Position numbers and translations under genes: made by a program. Below, piece after piece: positions 26,821-41,100 of a stretch of DNA of 64,000 nucleotides. This DNA comes from Octopus vulgaris (lineage: Eukaryota). The stretch covers positions 61,566,001-61,630,000 of the forward strand of contig OX597815.1 in the NCBI GenBank assembly GCA_951406725.2, read 5' to 3'. Every line of letters starts with the position of its first letter. Within the stretch, counting starts at the first letter, position 1. The notes under the pieces were generated by a model. The model was not told the DNA's origin. It did not search any database and worked only from the letters and a program-made list of their open reading frames with translations.

Positions 26821-28121
26821 CATTTATCCGTTCATAAAATTCATTGCCGTTACCGCCATCATCATCATCATCCCTACCATCGCCCCATAGCCGATCAGCG
26901 TCTCCCTCACCGTTGACACATAACTACAACTATCACCGCAAAGTAACTTCTACCGTCGTCAATACCACCATCATTATCACCGCTAAATCGTCAACAACTA
27001 ATATACCTTCGCCACCATACCACTGTGAATGTCTCCACTACCACCATCACCATCGTTGCCAACCGGCCGACTATCCTGCCAACCAGCCTCACCCGTTTAT
27101 CTCGTTTCTCTACCCTCATCTCAAGTCATCCAGGTTAAGCCAGCCGATATCAGCTCCGAACGAAATAGCGAGCCGACCAGCTAACCAGCCAGCCAAACAG
27201 ACAGACAGACAGACAGGCGGACAGATAGACACAAAGCCGACCAGCCAGCTAGAGAAACAGACAGCCTACCAGCCAGTAAACCAGCAAGTCAGACAGACAG
27301 AAAGACAGACAGAAAGATAGAGAGACAGGTAGACAGACAGAATGCTACCAGCCAGCCACGCAGCCCACCATACAGCCAGCCGACCAGCCAGCTAACCAGA
27401 CTGACAGTCAGACAGACAGCCTGTCAGCTAGACAGACAGATAAACTGGCAACCAAGCGTACCAATTAGTAAAGTCTTTTTCCTTGTTCTATGTATTCCCC
27501 ACCACTGTCGCTACCAAACACCTCCGCCGCTTTCCACAACCAACAACACCATTTCAACGCTACCCATTACCACATATGATTGCTTCACCCACCTTTACCA
27601 CCAACACCATCACCACCACACCGCAACCACCACCAGTACTAATACACTGATATGTTGCTATTTTCGCAAGTCAACCACCACAGCACTTCAAGATGAACAG
27701 GTTTGAACAAGAAAAGCTTTAATAGGCATGATAGGAAGGCTTTTGATCATGGCACTGTTGGATTAGGTCTGACCTGGAGCTAAACAACAATAATAGTTCT
27801 ACCTTACGTGAGCAAGTGGGGAGTCTGCGTAGAATCCTGTTAGAAATAGCAGCCAAATATTCCTCACTACCTTCAAAAAAGGAAGACAAACAGGAAAGTT
27901 CTGTGAACGACATACCTGGGTAAGTGTTGGAATGGTCTCGGCTGGAATGTCTATGATCAGAGATCTTTTCGATCAGATATCTTCACTCTTCTCCACCATC
28001 ATCAACACGACCACCACCGCCAACATAATAAGCAACACCAGAAATGTAACCCAATATTCACATGGTATAATTTAAAGCATTTATGTGCTTCGAGATCCAA
28101 TTCCAAACAGAATTATATACA

Positions 28122-28166
<45 letters not shown>

Positions 28167-28725
28167 AACCTGCTCGTATGGTTAAGAAATTCGCATCGTA
28201 CTTCTGAAGTTCTGGCCAAATAATTGTTGGAAAAATTATAAGAAATGGGGTGGGGAGGGGCGACAGCTGACATTTTAATTAAACAATAATCTATTTATGC
28301 GCAAATTAAATCACCTAAATAACAATCCACAGTTTTCTATGCTATTGATATGAAGAAAAAGGGGGAGGAGTCTCATAGCGGACCACTTCACAAATTGTTC
28401 ACCACACCTCAAAGACGTACTGAAGAACCATCTCCCTTATTTATAAAGTTGTCATAAATTAGACCAACACCGTAGTGGATAGCCTAATTTGCACATTTGT
28501 GCCTTTGATGGTTTATCATTTACTAAACCATAGATAAGAAAAACTGGAATAAATTTATGTTAAAAGCCCAGTTCCATACACGATTAGTATACAAAAAACA
28601 TGTTTCCCTTCTTATTTAACTGATAATATATTAAAAGGTATTTACTAATTAAATCTGAAATTAATGAACATTAGAATTTTAGTCATGCAGTTTGTTGGGG
28701 AGTTAGTATGTATTAGTAGGGTAAT

Positions 28726-28815
<90 letters not shown>

Positions 28816-28884
28816 GTCTGTCTGTCTATCTATCTAACTGTCTGTATGTTGGCCTGTCTGTTTATCTATCTCTGTCTGTCTGTA

Positions 28885-28944
<60 letters not shown>

Positions 28945-29407
28945 AATCTATCTAGCCATTGAATGTGGAAGAGAGTGTATAAAATAGCCAGCTTGCTTTT
29001 TTTATACATTCTCTTCAACATTCAATATTATTGTTAAAATCTGACTGAACACCTGACCACGAAGACCGACAATTAAAATCGCTTCATCAGTGGCTATCAT
29101 GACTTTTTCCTCTGTGAATCCAAGATCATGTCCAAAACAACATTCAGGATATCTGTTATTTAATTCAGTATGTGTTATTTATGTGCTATTTCTAGCACTT
29201 CATGTGATCAGTAAGGCCACCACTAAATATATCATAACTTACTGTCCTCTCCCCATTTCACTTTCTGTTATGTTCTCGATACCCCACACAATGATTTTCT
29301 TTACAGGTTATGCATCATCGACATTGTCTTTTTCTCACATATATGTATGTATAAAGAACATTGCAGGGCTTATACCCAAATAGAATTGGTGTATGTGTAT
29401 ACACACA

Positions 29408-29468
<61 letters not shown>

Positions 29469-29583
29469 ACATATACATATACATATATTTGAATATGTAT
29501 GTATGTGTGTATGTATGTATCAACATATCCTTTTCTCTCCCCCTCTCTCTCTCTCTCTCTCTCTCCCTCACTCACTCACTATA

Positions 29584-29619
<36 letters not shown>

Positions 29620-29620
<1 letters not shown>

Positions 29621-30003
29621 TAGCAGTATCGCCCGGCGTTGCTCGGGTTTGTTTCGACCCGCTGGAATTGGAATTTTTGAAAAGTAAAAATTTTGCATTA
29701 TGTAGCTTGTTATTCTCTTCAAGTGAACATTTTCCTGGTTGAAATACACCGAAAAGGGGCGACACAGCAGTGAAAAAATCGTAAAAAATAAGGATTTTCA
29801 TAGAAAAAAGCACCTTTTTGATGTAAATAATTTTTGGTGTTAACATGGTCCGATTTGAATTTTATCTTCTTCGGAAGGAAGAGCAACCCTTCTATCATAC
29901 TCTCAATTTTGGTCAACTTGCGCCGCAGGGTCTCGGAGGAGATAGTGTTAGTTGAAGGCTGCCACACCTGGCGCACACAGACAACTTCAGCTTTATATAG
30001 AGA
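29620..30003 (-). mobile_element. Non-autonomous Helitron-like element
   Basis: Reverse complement starts TCTATATAAAG and ends with hairpin cccgagcaacgccggg, then CTAG about 8 nt later, followed by T. Related 3' end at 45945-46025 (+). Confidence 0.7.
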
Positions 30004-30027
30004 GAGATAACTCACACACATTAATAC

Positions 30028-30066
<39 letters not shown>

Positions 30067-30150
30067 TGTATGTATGGATGTATGGATGTATATATGTACA
30101 TCTGTCCACTTCTTACCATATTTTTATCCTTCACTTCCTACACACACACA

Positions 30151-30193
<43 letters not shown>

Positions 30194-30788
30194 GCACGCA
30201 CGCACGCACGCATACACACACACACAGTCACACACACACACACACACCTTCTTAGCTTACAATTTTCTTTCAACAATTGACAACTGAAGTACGCTCGCAA
30301 ATTAATACTACGAAAACTTAGCGACAGAAAGTAAATTAAAAGCCAATTTACCTTTTATGTTGAGTTATCATTCTAATTCGACCGTCTGATTTCCTTAAAT
30401 CCGTCTCTTTTCTTCAACTGAACTTAGTTCCTATCGTTTCTTAAAGTCCTTTGAGAAATCTAGGAGTGTTTTCTTTTGTTATTTCTCGAGAAAGTTTTGT
30501 TTCCTGGACACTAAAAACTAACGGGAAGTAGACAACAGTCCCAGTACAATTGGTGTAATAGTGTAACTCATAATGTGAGCGGCTAGTATCTACCCACCAT
30601 ATGTCAGTGAATTGTTGCTGTGTGTTTGCAAATGTGTTCGATTGAGAAAGTGAATTGTGTTTGGCGCCTTTTTTACTAATAACAAACACACACGTGTGTG
30701 TGTGTGCGTTTGAGTGTTTGTATGTAGTTGTTTGAAACGTTTGTGTTTGTCACTGTCATATATGTATATGTTTGCGTGTCTATGTGTT

Positions 30789-31246
30789 CAAAGAGAAAGT
30801 AGGAGAAAGTGTCGTAATAGGCGGAGTAAAGCCTTTGAAGTGAGAGAGGGAAATCGTAAAATATTGAGTTTTCTCGAATTTTTGCTTAACTGGAGGTCAA
30901 ATTGAAAGAAATTTATATGCCATGACCGAAAGGAATGTACTTCGAAAAATCATAGGTAAATTCCAATTGAAGAAATTGTGTGAGGAGTAAATCGTTATGT
31001 ATTTATTTGTTTCTGTTTGCTCTGTATTTTTTGAGTAGTGGTTTAAGGAACACTTGCAAAGAGAAAGTAGGAGAAAGTGAGGTAATAGCAGGAGTGAAGC
31101 AGTTGAAATTAGAGAGGCAAATCGTAAAATATTTACTTTTCTCGAATTTTTGCTTAATTGGTGGTCAAATTGAAAAAAACTTTATATGCCATGACCCAAT
31201 CGAATCTACTTCGAAAAATCATAGGTAAATTCCAATTAAAGAAATT
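30789..31246. repeat. Two diverged tandem units (about 250-270 bp period), probably internal to a Helitron-like element ending near 31315
   Basis: caaagagaaagtaggagaaagtg...tcgaaaaatcataggtaaattccaatt occurs twice. Confidence 0.7.
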
Positions 31247-31312
31247 CTATATTGTAGAATTGTATTAAAAACAAACATGGTAACAGGCAGAGAAAATCTG
31301 CCTTTTATCATA

Positions 31313-31353
<41 letters not shown>

Positions 31354-31358
<5 letters not shown>

Positions 31359-32040
31359 ACAATTGAGGGTAAAATTAATTAGTTATTAATCAATTTCACC
31401 AAGTATTCAGTATGTAAAAGGACCATTTAAGGCGAATTCAAAATATTACATTATATAATTAGGGCTTAGTAAAATAAATTACTTTGCCACATACTGAACT
31501 TGCTAGAAATAGCAGCCAAAAAAAGTTTTTTTGCCATTTCCACTACTTAAAGAAAATTTCTCTCAGATAATGTTTACTCAAAATAACTCACGAAGGTATG
31601 GAGGTAAAAACAGAAAAATATCACAAGTACAAAGATTATTTGAGAACGTTAACGTTTCTAGATTAGCCAAATAAACTCAGTATTTCTTTCGTCAGCTCAA
31701 CATTTCTTATTTTGGATTTGGAAGCACTAAAAAGAAAAAACATACCATTTGGCGACTTATCACCTCAGATGACCCGTTCAGACTGCCAGTACCAACAAAT
31801 TCAAAATGTGCAAGCGAAGATTCCCTGCTCTCCCCTTCCACCCACGTGGGTTATCTAGCAAACATTATATTTTAACGGTGAGAACCGAGGCAATATGACA
31901 GAGAGAAATGAATTATAATATCAACAATTGAGGGTAAAATTAATTAGTTATTAATCAATTTCACCAAGTATTCAGTATGTAAAGGACCATTTAAGGCGAA
32001 TTCAAAATATTACATTATATAATTAGGGCTTAGTAAAATA
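31354..32040 (-). mobile_element. Retrozyme/PLE-like non-coding element with about 123-bp direct terminal repeats and an internal hammerhead
   Basis: 31354-31476 equals 31918-32040 apart from a 1-nt indel. (TA)n on both sides. HHR at 31640-31700. Confidence 0.8.
31640..31700 (-). ncRNA. Type I hammerhead ribozyme, canonical core
   Basis: Reverse complement: ttgag CUGACGA aaga...tcta GAAA C GUUAAC GUU ctcaa. Palindromic AACGUUAACGUU. Confidence 0.8.
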
Positions 32041-32093
32041 TATATATATATATATATATAATCAAAATACTCAGTAAGGATATCCAGATGTAA

Positions 32094-32180
32094 TGCAGTA
32101 CGATCGATTCATGCAACTCCATTTAATTGTACAATGCAATCATTACATCAATTTAAAATGTAGTGCAATCTTCAGCTGCA
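32094..32180 (-). ncRNA. Hammerhead ribozyme with GAAA changed to GAAU
   Basis: Reverse complement: tgcag CUGAAGA ttgca...tgcat GAAU C GAUC GUA ctgca. Confidence 0.6.
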
Positions 32181-32347
32181 CAAAGACATAGAATATAATT
32201 AAATTAGAACAGATGGACACATTAGTATAATTATACCTAAAATGAGACAACATGTTCTATGTCTATCTTCTTAACTTCTTGGAGATTTTAGGTATAATCA
32301 TACTAATGTGTCAATGTGTTCTAATTTAATTAAATTCTATGTCCTTG

Positions 32348-32434
32348 TGCAGCAGATGATTGCTCTAAATTTTAAATTGATGTAATGATTGCATTGGTAA
32401 ATTAAATGGAGTTGCATGAAACGATCGAACTGCA
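32348..32434 (+). ncRNA. Mutated hammerhead (CAGAUGA core, GAA at the cleavage site)
   Basis: tgcag CAGAUGA ttgc...gcat GAAA C GAUC GAA ctgca. Confidence 0.5.
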
Positions 32435-32546
32435 TTACCTCTGGATATCCTTGCTGCTTACTTTGATTTTAATCACCTTATTTTGAAATTGTATGGATAA
32501 TACAGTACTAAATTCTGATGCCTCAACTTGAGTACTATATTCATCG

Positions 32547-32667
<121 letters not shown>

Positions 32668-32761
32668 TATATATGTGTGTATATATATATATATATTTAT
32701 ATATTTATATATATTTATATATATATGTATATATATGCATATATATGTCTGTGTATGCGTA

Positions 32762-32843
<82 letters not shown>

Positions 32844-33050
32844 AAATAAGAAAATGGAGAAACATATCTTAATCAATGATCAACTACCAGATAATACCCA
32901 ATCACATAATTTATTAAACCACTATATATGAACATTAAGGTCAAACATAATAATATAGAACAAAACAATGTACATGAAAGAGTAATATGATACAATAAGT
33001 AAAGTATGTATAAGTGAATATAAATAAATACAAATATAAATATAAACTAC

Positions 33051-33177
33051 ATCTTACAGCTGTTTCGGCCATGCAGACATGGGTGTCTCATTATGTTCAT
33101 ATTAGCCATGTGTGATAGGTCAATATGTAGTTGTAAATGAGACACTTACAAAAATATCCCAAGGCCTCATCAGAGAT
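33051..33177 (-). ncRNA. Type I hammerhead ribozyme, canonical core, about 90-nt stem II insertion
   Basis: Reverse complement: atct CUGAUGA ggcc...ggcc GAAA C AGCU GUA agat. Confidence 0.85.
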
Positions 33178-33463
33178 TATGAAATACAAACTAAATTAAA
33201 TATGAATATCAGAGGAGGTACACCCATACAAGAGTGGGTACATACCCATAATATATAATATACACATACATAAGAGTGCATATACCCATACCCCTATACA
33301 TATATATATACATATACATAATAATATAAACCAATATATATACATATGTTCTATATTCAATGTTACAGTTGGTCAACATAATATTAGGATATTACAATAT
33401 AGAAAACATACACATATTCATATGCAAATGCAGATATACAAAGTCATTTGAATATGAATATGA

Positions 33464-33590
33464 ATCTCTGAAGAGGCCTTGGGATATTTTTGTAAGTGTC
33501 TCATTTACAACTACATATTGACCTACCACACATGGTTAATATGAGCACAAAGAGACACCCATATCTGCATGGCCGAAACAGCTGTAAGAT
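33464..33590 (+). ncRNA. Type I hammerhead ribozyme, canonical core, about 90-nt stem II insertion
   Basis: atct CUGAAGA ggcc (33475) ... ggcc (33571) GAAA C AGCU GUA agat. Predicted cleavage after 33586. Confidence 0.85.
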
Positions 33591-33973
33591 GTAGTTTATA
33601 TTTATATTTGCATTTATTTATATTCACTTATACATACCGTAATTATTGTATCATATTACTCTTTCATGTACATTGTTTTGTTCTATATTATTATGTTTGA
33701 CCTTAATGTTCATATGTAGTGGTTTAATAAATTATGTGATTGGGTATTATCTGGTAGCTGATCATTGATTAAGATATGTTTCTCCATTTTCTTATTTTGT
33801 ATTATTAATTTGCGGTAAAACATTTTACCTTTGCTCATATAATACAGTAAATGAATTAATTGTATCGCAGTTCTTAACATTTATGTATTAACTTTGTTGG
33901 GTGCTTCACTAGCAGTATATTGGATATATGTTATCCCATGGAGGGTTGCACTTACAACCCCTATCTCAATTTG

Positions 33974-34051
<78 letters not shown>

Positions 34052-34087
34052 CATATATTTAAATACATACTCACATCTACACACACA

Positions 34088-34122
<35 letters not shown>

Positions 34123-34596
34123 CACAGGAACTCTCACACAAACTCTCTTCCACGTACACATACCCATATATAGAAATATAACTGGAGACACATTCACATA
34201 TATGAGTATGCATCGCTAAAGAGATATATGCCAACATCTACACACACACACACATATATACACACACACACACTGTCACCTTCTCTCCCTTCATACCCCC
34301 AGCAGACGTATTATTACGGTGACGTCGTCACCAGAGACGGCTCCATCGCTAGCGCCGCCAGACCACAGCATGTGTTGCCAAGTACCAATAGCCTCGTCAT
34401 CCCCTCCCCCGCCTCCCCCGGCCATACCCTACGCCTCTATCTCAATCCACCCGTCCAACCCTTAACACTACTCCACCTGCCAGTCAGGCCTTATCTTCCC
34501 ACCAGCCGGCAACACAACACCGTTTACAGACAGACCCGCCTCTTTACACACACACACACACACGTACATACAGAGGTGTGCGTGTATATGATTGAG

Positions 34597-34634
<38 letters not shown>

Positions 34635-34781
34635 AAAAGCAATAAAGATTCAAGTTAATTTAAATGAATTTACTTGAATATGGTACCTAACTTAGATGCA
34701 CCAAAAAAAACTATACTGATTTAACAATACAGTAATGTGGGGTGATTATAAGCGAGAATGAAGCAACAAGAATGGATAGGT

Positions 34782-34872
34782 TTTTAGTACAATCGTTTCA
34801 TACAAGGACAGGTTTTATTAAAAGTTGCAAAAATTACAGCATATAAACTTGTCCCGTACTCATCAGCTAAAA
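34782..34872 (-). ncRNA. Type I hammerhead ribozyme, canonical core
   Basis: Inverted copy of 35700-35790. Confidence 0.85.
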
Positions 34873-35699
34873 TACATGTGAGTTCTCTAGACATCCTAGT
34901 GGTTGAGGCTATACTCATGAAGTAATGTAGATAATTAAGTAACATAAACAGATTTCAAAAGTTCATTAAAGTTCTTTAAAGATGATGTACAGTCTTATCA
35001 CAGAATTTTAAAAAAGTCTTAATAGCATCACAGAGGAGGTGACCTAATCCATAGTGCACATATGAATTTCCAGAGATATGATGAGGGATTACATACTCAC
35101 AGAAGACAAATTTATCCATTGTTAATTACAACGAGGTGGGTTTCAATTCCTGCTTATTAGCATTACAGAGAGGGTGAATTAATCCTTTGTATAGATGCAC
35201 AATTTCCAATGGTGTAGATGTAAATTTCCAAGGAATTTCATATTCACAGGCGATAAATTTATCAATGGTTGAACACAATGAGGTAGGTATCAATTCTTGT
35301 TATATGGTTAGGTATTTATCGCCTGTGAATATGAAATTCCTTGGAAATTTACATCTACACCATTGGAAATTGTGCATCTATACAAAGGATTAATTCACCC
35401 TCTCTGTAATGCTAATAAGCAGGAATTGAAACCCACCTCGTTGTAATTAACAATGGATAAATTTGTCTTCTGTGAGTATGTAATCCCTCATCATATCTCT
35501 GGAAATTCATATGTGCACTATGGATTAGGTCACCTCCTCTGTGATGCTATTAAGACTTTTTTAAAATTCTGTGATAAGACTGTACATCATCTTTAAAGAA
35601 CTTTAATGAACTTTTGAAATCTGTTTATGTTACTTAATTATCTACATTACTTCATGAGTATAGCCTCAACCACTAGGATGTCTAGAGAACTCACATGTA

Positions 35700-35790
35700 T
35701 TTTAGCTGATGAGTACGGGACAAGTTTATATGCTGTAATTTTTGCAACTTTTAATAAAACCTGTCCTTGTATGAAACGATTGTACTAAAA
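35700..35790 (+). ncRNA. Type I hammerhead ribozyme, canonical core, extended stem II
   Basis: ttttag CUGAUGA gtac-gggaca...tgtcctt-gtat GAAA C GAUU GUA ctaaaa. Predicted cleavage after 35784. Confidence 0.85.
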
Positions 35791-35816
35791 ACCTATCCAT
35801 TCTTGTTGCTTCATTC

Positions 35817-35870
<54 letters not shown>

Positions 35871-36480
35871 CATATATATGCGCGTCTGTATCTATGAATA
35901 TAAATTTATGAGTATAACTGAATGCGTATAACTATTTACCTATCTGTCTATCTGTATATGTGCGTGTGTATGCATATATATATATATATAAAATATATAT
36001 GATTTTATATATATATATATATATACACGTACACACGCACATGTATACAAACGTATACATAACTAATTATACATATATAAATACATTAAAACATATATAC
36101 ACGTTCATACAGACACCTATTCAGACATACATACAAACGCATTTATGAACGAATCTATATTTGCAGACTTACACATGCAAAGGTGCAAACAAGCATACAT
36201 ACATACATACATACATACATACATACATACATACATACATACATACATACATACATACATACATTCACAGACCTATGCATCTATTTTTCACTGCAAAAAT
36301 CTTGTAAATCAAATGCAAAACAAAATATATGTATATACACGTTCTACACGAAATACCCGGCGTTGCCTGAGCTGATTACACGTGGGCGTGTCATTACTGT
36401 CACAATGTTGCTTACTAAAATTATAATAAAGCTTCTGGACAAACAAGAGGCAGAATATTGAGTCACTCACAATAATATCA

Positions 36481-36609
<129 letters not shown>

Positions 36610-36611
36610 AT

Positions 36612-36787
36612 GCGTTGGAGTGACTGTGTGGTAAGTAGCTCGCTTACCAACCACATGGTTCCGGGTTCAGTCCCACTGCGTGGCACCTTGGCAAGTGTCT
36701 TCTGCTATAGCCTCGGGCCGACCAAAGCCTTGTGAGTGGATTTGGTAGACGGAAACTGAAAGAATCCCGTCGTATATATGTATATAG

Positions 36788-36843
<56 letters not shown>

Positions 36844-37040
36844 GTTTCTGTGTCTGTGTTTGTCCCCCCAACATCGCTTGATAACCAGTGCTTGTATTTA
36901 CGTCCCCGTAACTTAGCGGTTAGACAAAAGAGAAGAATAAGTACTAGGGTTACAAAGAACAAGTCCTGGGGTCGATTTGGTCCACTAAAGGCGGTGCTCC
37001 AGCATGGCCACAGTCAAATGACTAAACAAGTAAAAGAGTT
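36612..37040 (+). mobile_element. SINE family A, full length
   Basis: ggagtgactgtgtggtaag..ggttcagtccc..cagtcaaatgactaaacaagta. Confidence 0.85.
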
Positions 37041-37117
37041 AAGAGCAAAGAGTATTATGCTTGTATTTTACAAATTTCGGATCTCTCTTTTAAACAACAG
37101 ACTACGAATCTGCCAAA

Positions 37118-37574
<457 letters not shown>

Positions 37575-37603
37575 ATATGTATGTATGTATGTATGTATGT
37601 GTG

Positions 37604-37636
<33 letters not shown>

Positions 37637-38334
37637 GTTACAACAGTATCAACGCCAAGCAGTATTTAGGCATAAGCAAACTTTAGGTTAGTTAAAATAT
37701 GTTTGACATATTTTAACTGCCAAATGTTTTGATTCGCATTTTTCTGCTTGACTCAATACCTGAATCCTAACTCTAAAGTCTAACCCTAAATTCTAAAACT
37801 CAATCTAACTCTAAATTACTAATTTATAACTCCTGACCTTAAAGACCTAAATTTCTTTTTTGCGTTTATTTTTTTTAAAGAATCATAATCTCCTTTGTTT
37901 CAAGCAGAATTATATGAAAAATATTCTAAGAAAATGAAAATGTTACAATCGGTTTTGCAGAGAAGGGGAATGAAAAAAAAAATTGAAATCTTTATTAAAA
38001 AATGTTTCTATTCGTAGAATATCGTCCTATCAGGAGCTTCAAACTTACTGTATGTATGTATAAGTACGTATGTATACATGCGAGTCCTATGTATAATAGC
38101 ATATGTGTGTTTGCATATGTATATGTTTCACTGTTTATACACACACACACACACGCACAGATATGTATAGAGCTAGTTGGTCCAAGACTGCCCAGAGCTA
38201 AAATTTCTGGACCTCTCCCCGCCACTCCGGTGTCTCTCTATGACTTTTAACTTACTTTTCCAGTCACATTTTGACGCTTCATCCATCCCACACTGTCACT
38301 CTGCAACCCTTCTTGCGACTAGTGATGTATAGGT

Positions 38335-38490
38335 CGAGTTCAAATGTCTAAGTGTTATGGTGACATGCATACATCTACCAATTGGACATGATGTTGTAGC
38401 TAGGACACTCTATAATGAGATCCGTCGAAAAGATAATCCCGAGGACAAAAAATAAGAACTCACAGTAAAGTAGAAGCCATAGCCAATCAT
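38335..38490 (+). mobile_element. R4/Dong-like RLE retrotransposon fragment
   Basis: Translates HLPIGHDVVARTLYNEIRRKDNPED, resembling the RH(D/N)xV helix that follows the zinc knuckle. Confidence 0.45.
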
Positions 38491-38559
38491 AATTCCCCTC
38501 CGACTTTTAGTTCATGCACTTGTGAAACCGCATTATTTATGCAACCCCCCCCCCCACCA

Positions 38560-39672
<1,113 letters not shown>

Positions 39673-39699
39673 TGTATATATATATATATATATATATAT

Positions 39700-39908
39700 T
39701 TACGGAGATGTACTCGCATAGCAAGTAATTTGATCTGAGATCGTGTGCTGAAACGAAAACAATTGCAGCGTGGAAGGTGTTTGTAAGCAATTTAAGAAAC
39801 ACACAAAAGCCGTTCGCTTTTTAAACTTAAATTAAACTTAAATGTTGAAGTGAAGCGAACGGCTTTTGTGTGTTTCTTAAATTGCTTATAAACACCTTCC
39901 ACGCTGCA

Positions 39909-39913
<5 letters not shown>
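39700..39913. mobile_element. (TA)n-embedded foldback element with 60-bp arms
   Basis: 39759-39818 is the inverse of 39854-39913 with 1 mismatch. Unpaired tail 39700-39758. Confidence 0.75.
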
Positions 39914-39989
<76 letters not shown>

Positions 39990-40140
39990 CTGACGGGCTT
40001 TCAGCTTCTTTGTACCAAATTTACTCACAATACATTGGTCGGCCAGGAAGAAACTTGTCGAAGGTGCCAAACAGTGGGACTGCACAAGAACAATGTAGTT
40101 ATAATGCAAACGTCTTACCACACAGTCACGCCAGCGCCTA
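39990..40140 (-). mobile_element. SINE family A, diverged 5' half
   Basis: gacgggctttcag..taccaaat..ctcacaa..ttggtcggcc..cagtgggactg..ttaccacacag. Confidence 0.6.
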
Positions 40141-40577
40141 TACGTGTGTGTGTATGTGTTCGTTATATTAATTCAGTATTTGTTAAAACTTATCCCTCTT
40201 GTGTTCTCGTTTTCATTTTGTGCCCATGGTTTTCACATCATTTGTGTGCGCGTATTTTAGTTATATACTTGTATGCATGTATGTATTTATGTATGTATGT
40301 ATGCATGCATGTATGTATGTATGTATGTATGTATGTATGTATGTATGTATGTATGTATGTATGTATGTATGTACGTATGTATGAGTGTGTATGTGTGTAT
40401 ACACACGCACCCATTCCCACTTCGTCTACGTACACATACCGACACACACCTATTCACACACCTTACAAGACTGCCTCTGACTTACTATTGACTACTCCGT
40501 CTACGCACTCATGCAATCACGCATAAACACACACACACAGCCACACTATCCCATTCATACACCTTTAACTACAGCTG

Positions 40578-40620
40578 CTGACTTGAGGATGGATAACACC
40601 CAGAAACCTAGGTCTGTGAG
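40578..40620 (+). ncRNA. Possible relic hammerhead
   Basis: UUGAGGA tgg-ataacac-cca GAAA C CUAG GUC. Palindromic ACCUAGGU, but stem I is poorly paired. Confidence 0.35.
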
Positions 40621-40859
40621 TATCACGTAAGGCTTCAGATGGGGGCGATGACCTCCCTTGCAAATGCCATACGGACACAAACTGTGTGGCGATAGCCAGC
40701 TGGAAAAGATGTTTTCCTGGGGCTAAAGCAACAGCAACATCGTCCTTTATAAGACTGCCACATTCTGTTGGCATATAAACATTACTATACGGTGCTGTTG
40801 CTGTATATCTCTTGCTCAGAGATTTAAAAAATGTTGTTTCTTTCTTTCTCTCTCTCCCC

Positions 40860-40930
<71 letters not shown>

Positions 40931-41012
40931 CCTATCTATCTATCTATGTATCTCTCTCTCTCTATGTCTATATACATATATAAAATCAAAATCGACAGGA
41001 TATCAAGAGGTG

Positions 41013-41100
41013 ATGCAGTACGACCGTTTCAAGCGGCTTCATGTAACTGAACAATGCAATCATTGCATCAATTTTAATGCAGGGCTATCCTCAGCTGCAT
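41013..41100 (-). ncRNA. Type I hammerhead ribozyme, canonical core
   Basis: Reverse complement: atgcag CUGAGGA tagc...gctt GAAA C GGUC GUA ctgcat. Same family as 32094 and 32348. Confidence 0.8.

Larger units (their letters stand above)
32839..33975. mobile_element. (TA)n-embedded foldback element with arms of about 340 bp and a hammerhead in each
   Basis: 32839-33178 is the inverse of 33463-33802 with scattered substitutions. Spacer about 280 bp. Unpaired tail 33803-33975. Confidence 0.85.
34632..35820. mobile_element. (TA)n-embedded foldback element with apparently perfect 506-bp inverted arms and a hammerhead in each
   Basis: 34753-35258 is the reverse complement of 35314-35819, with no mismatch seen by eye. 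Spacer 55 bp. Unpaired tail 34632-34752. Confidence 0.9.

Noticed and set aside
31740-31772. Minus strand ctgaggtgataagtcgccaaatggta as a second HHR
   Set aside because: Both core segments deviate; the true motif is at 31640-31700.
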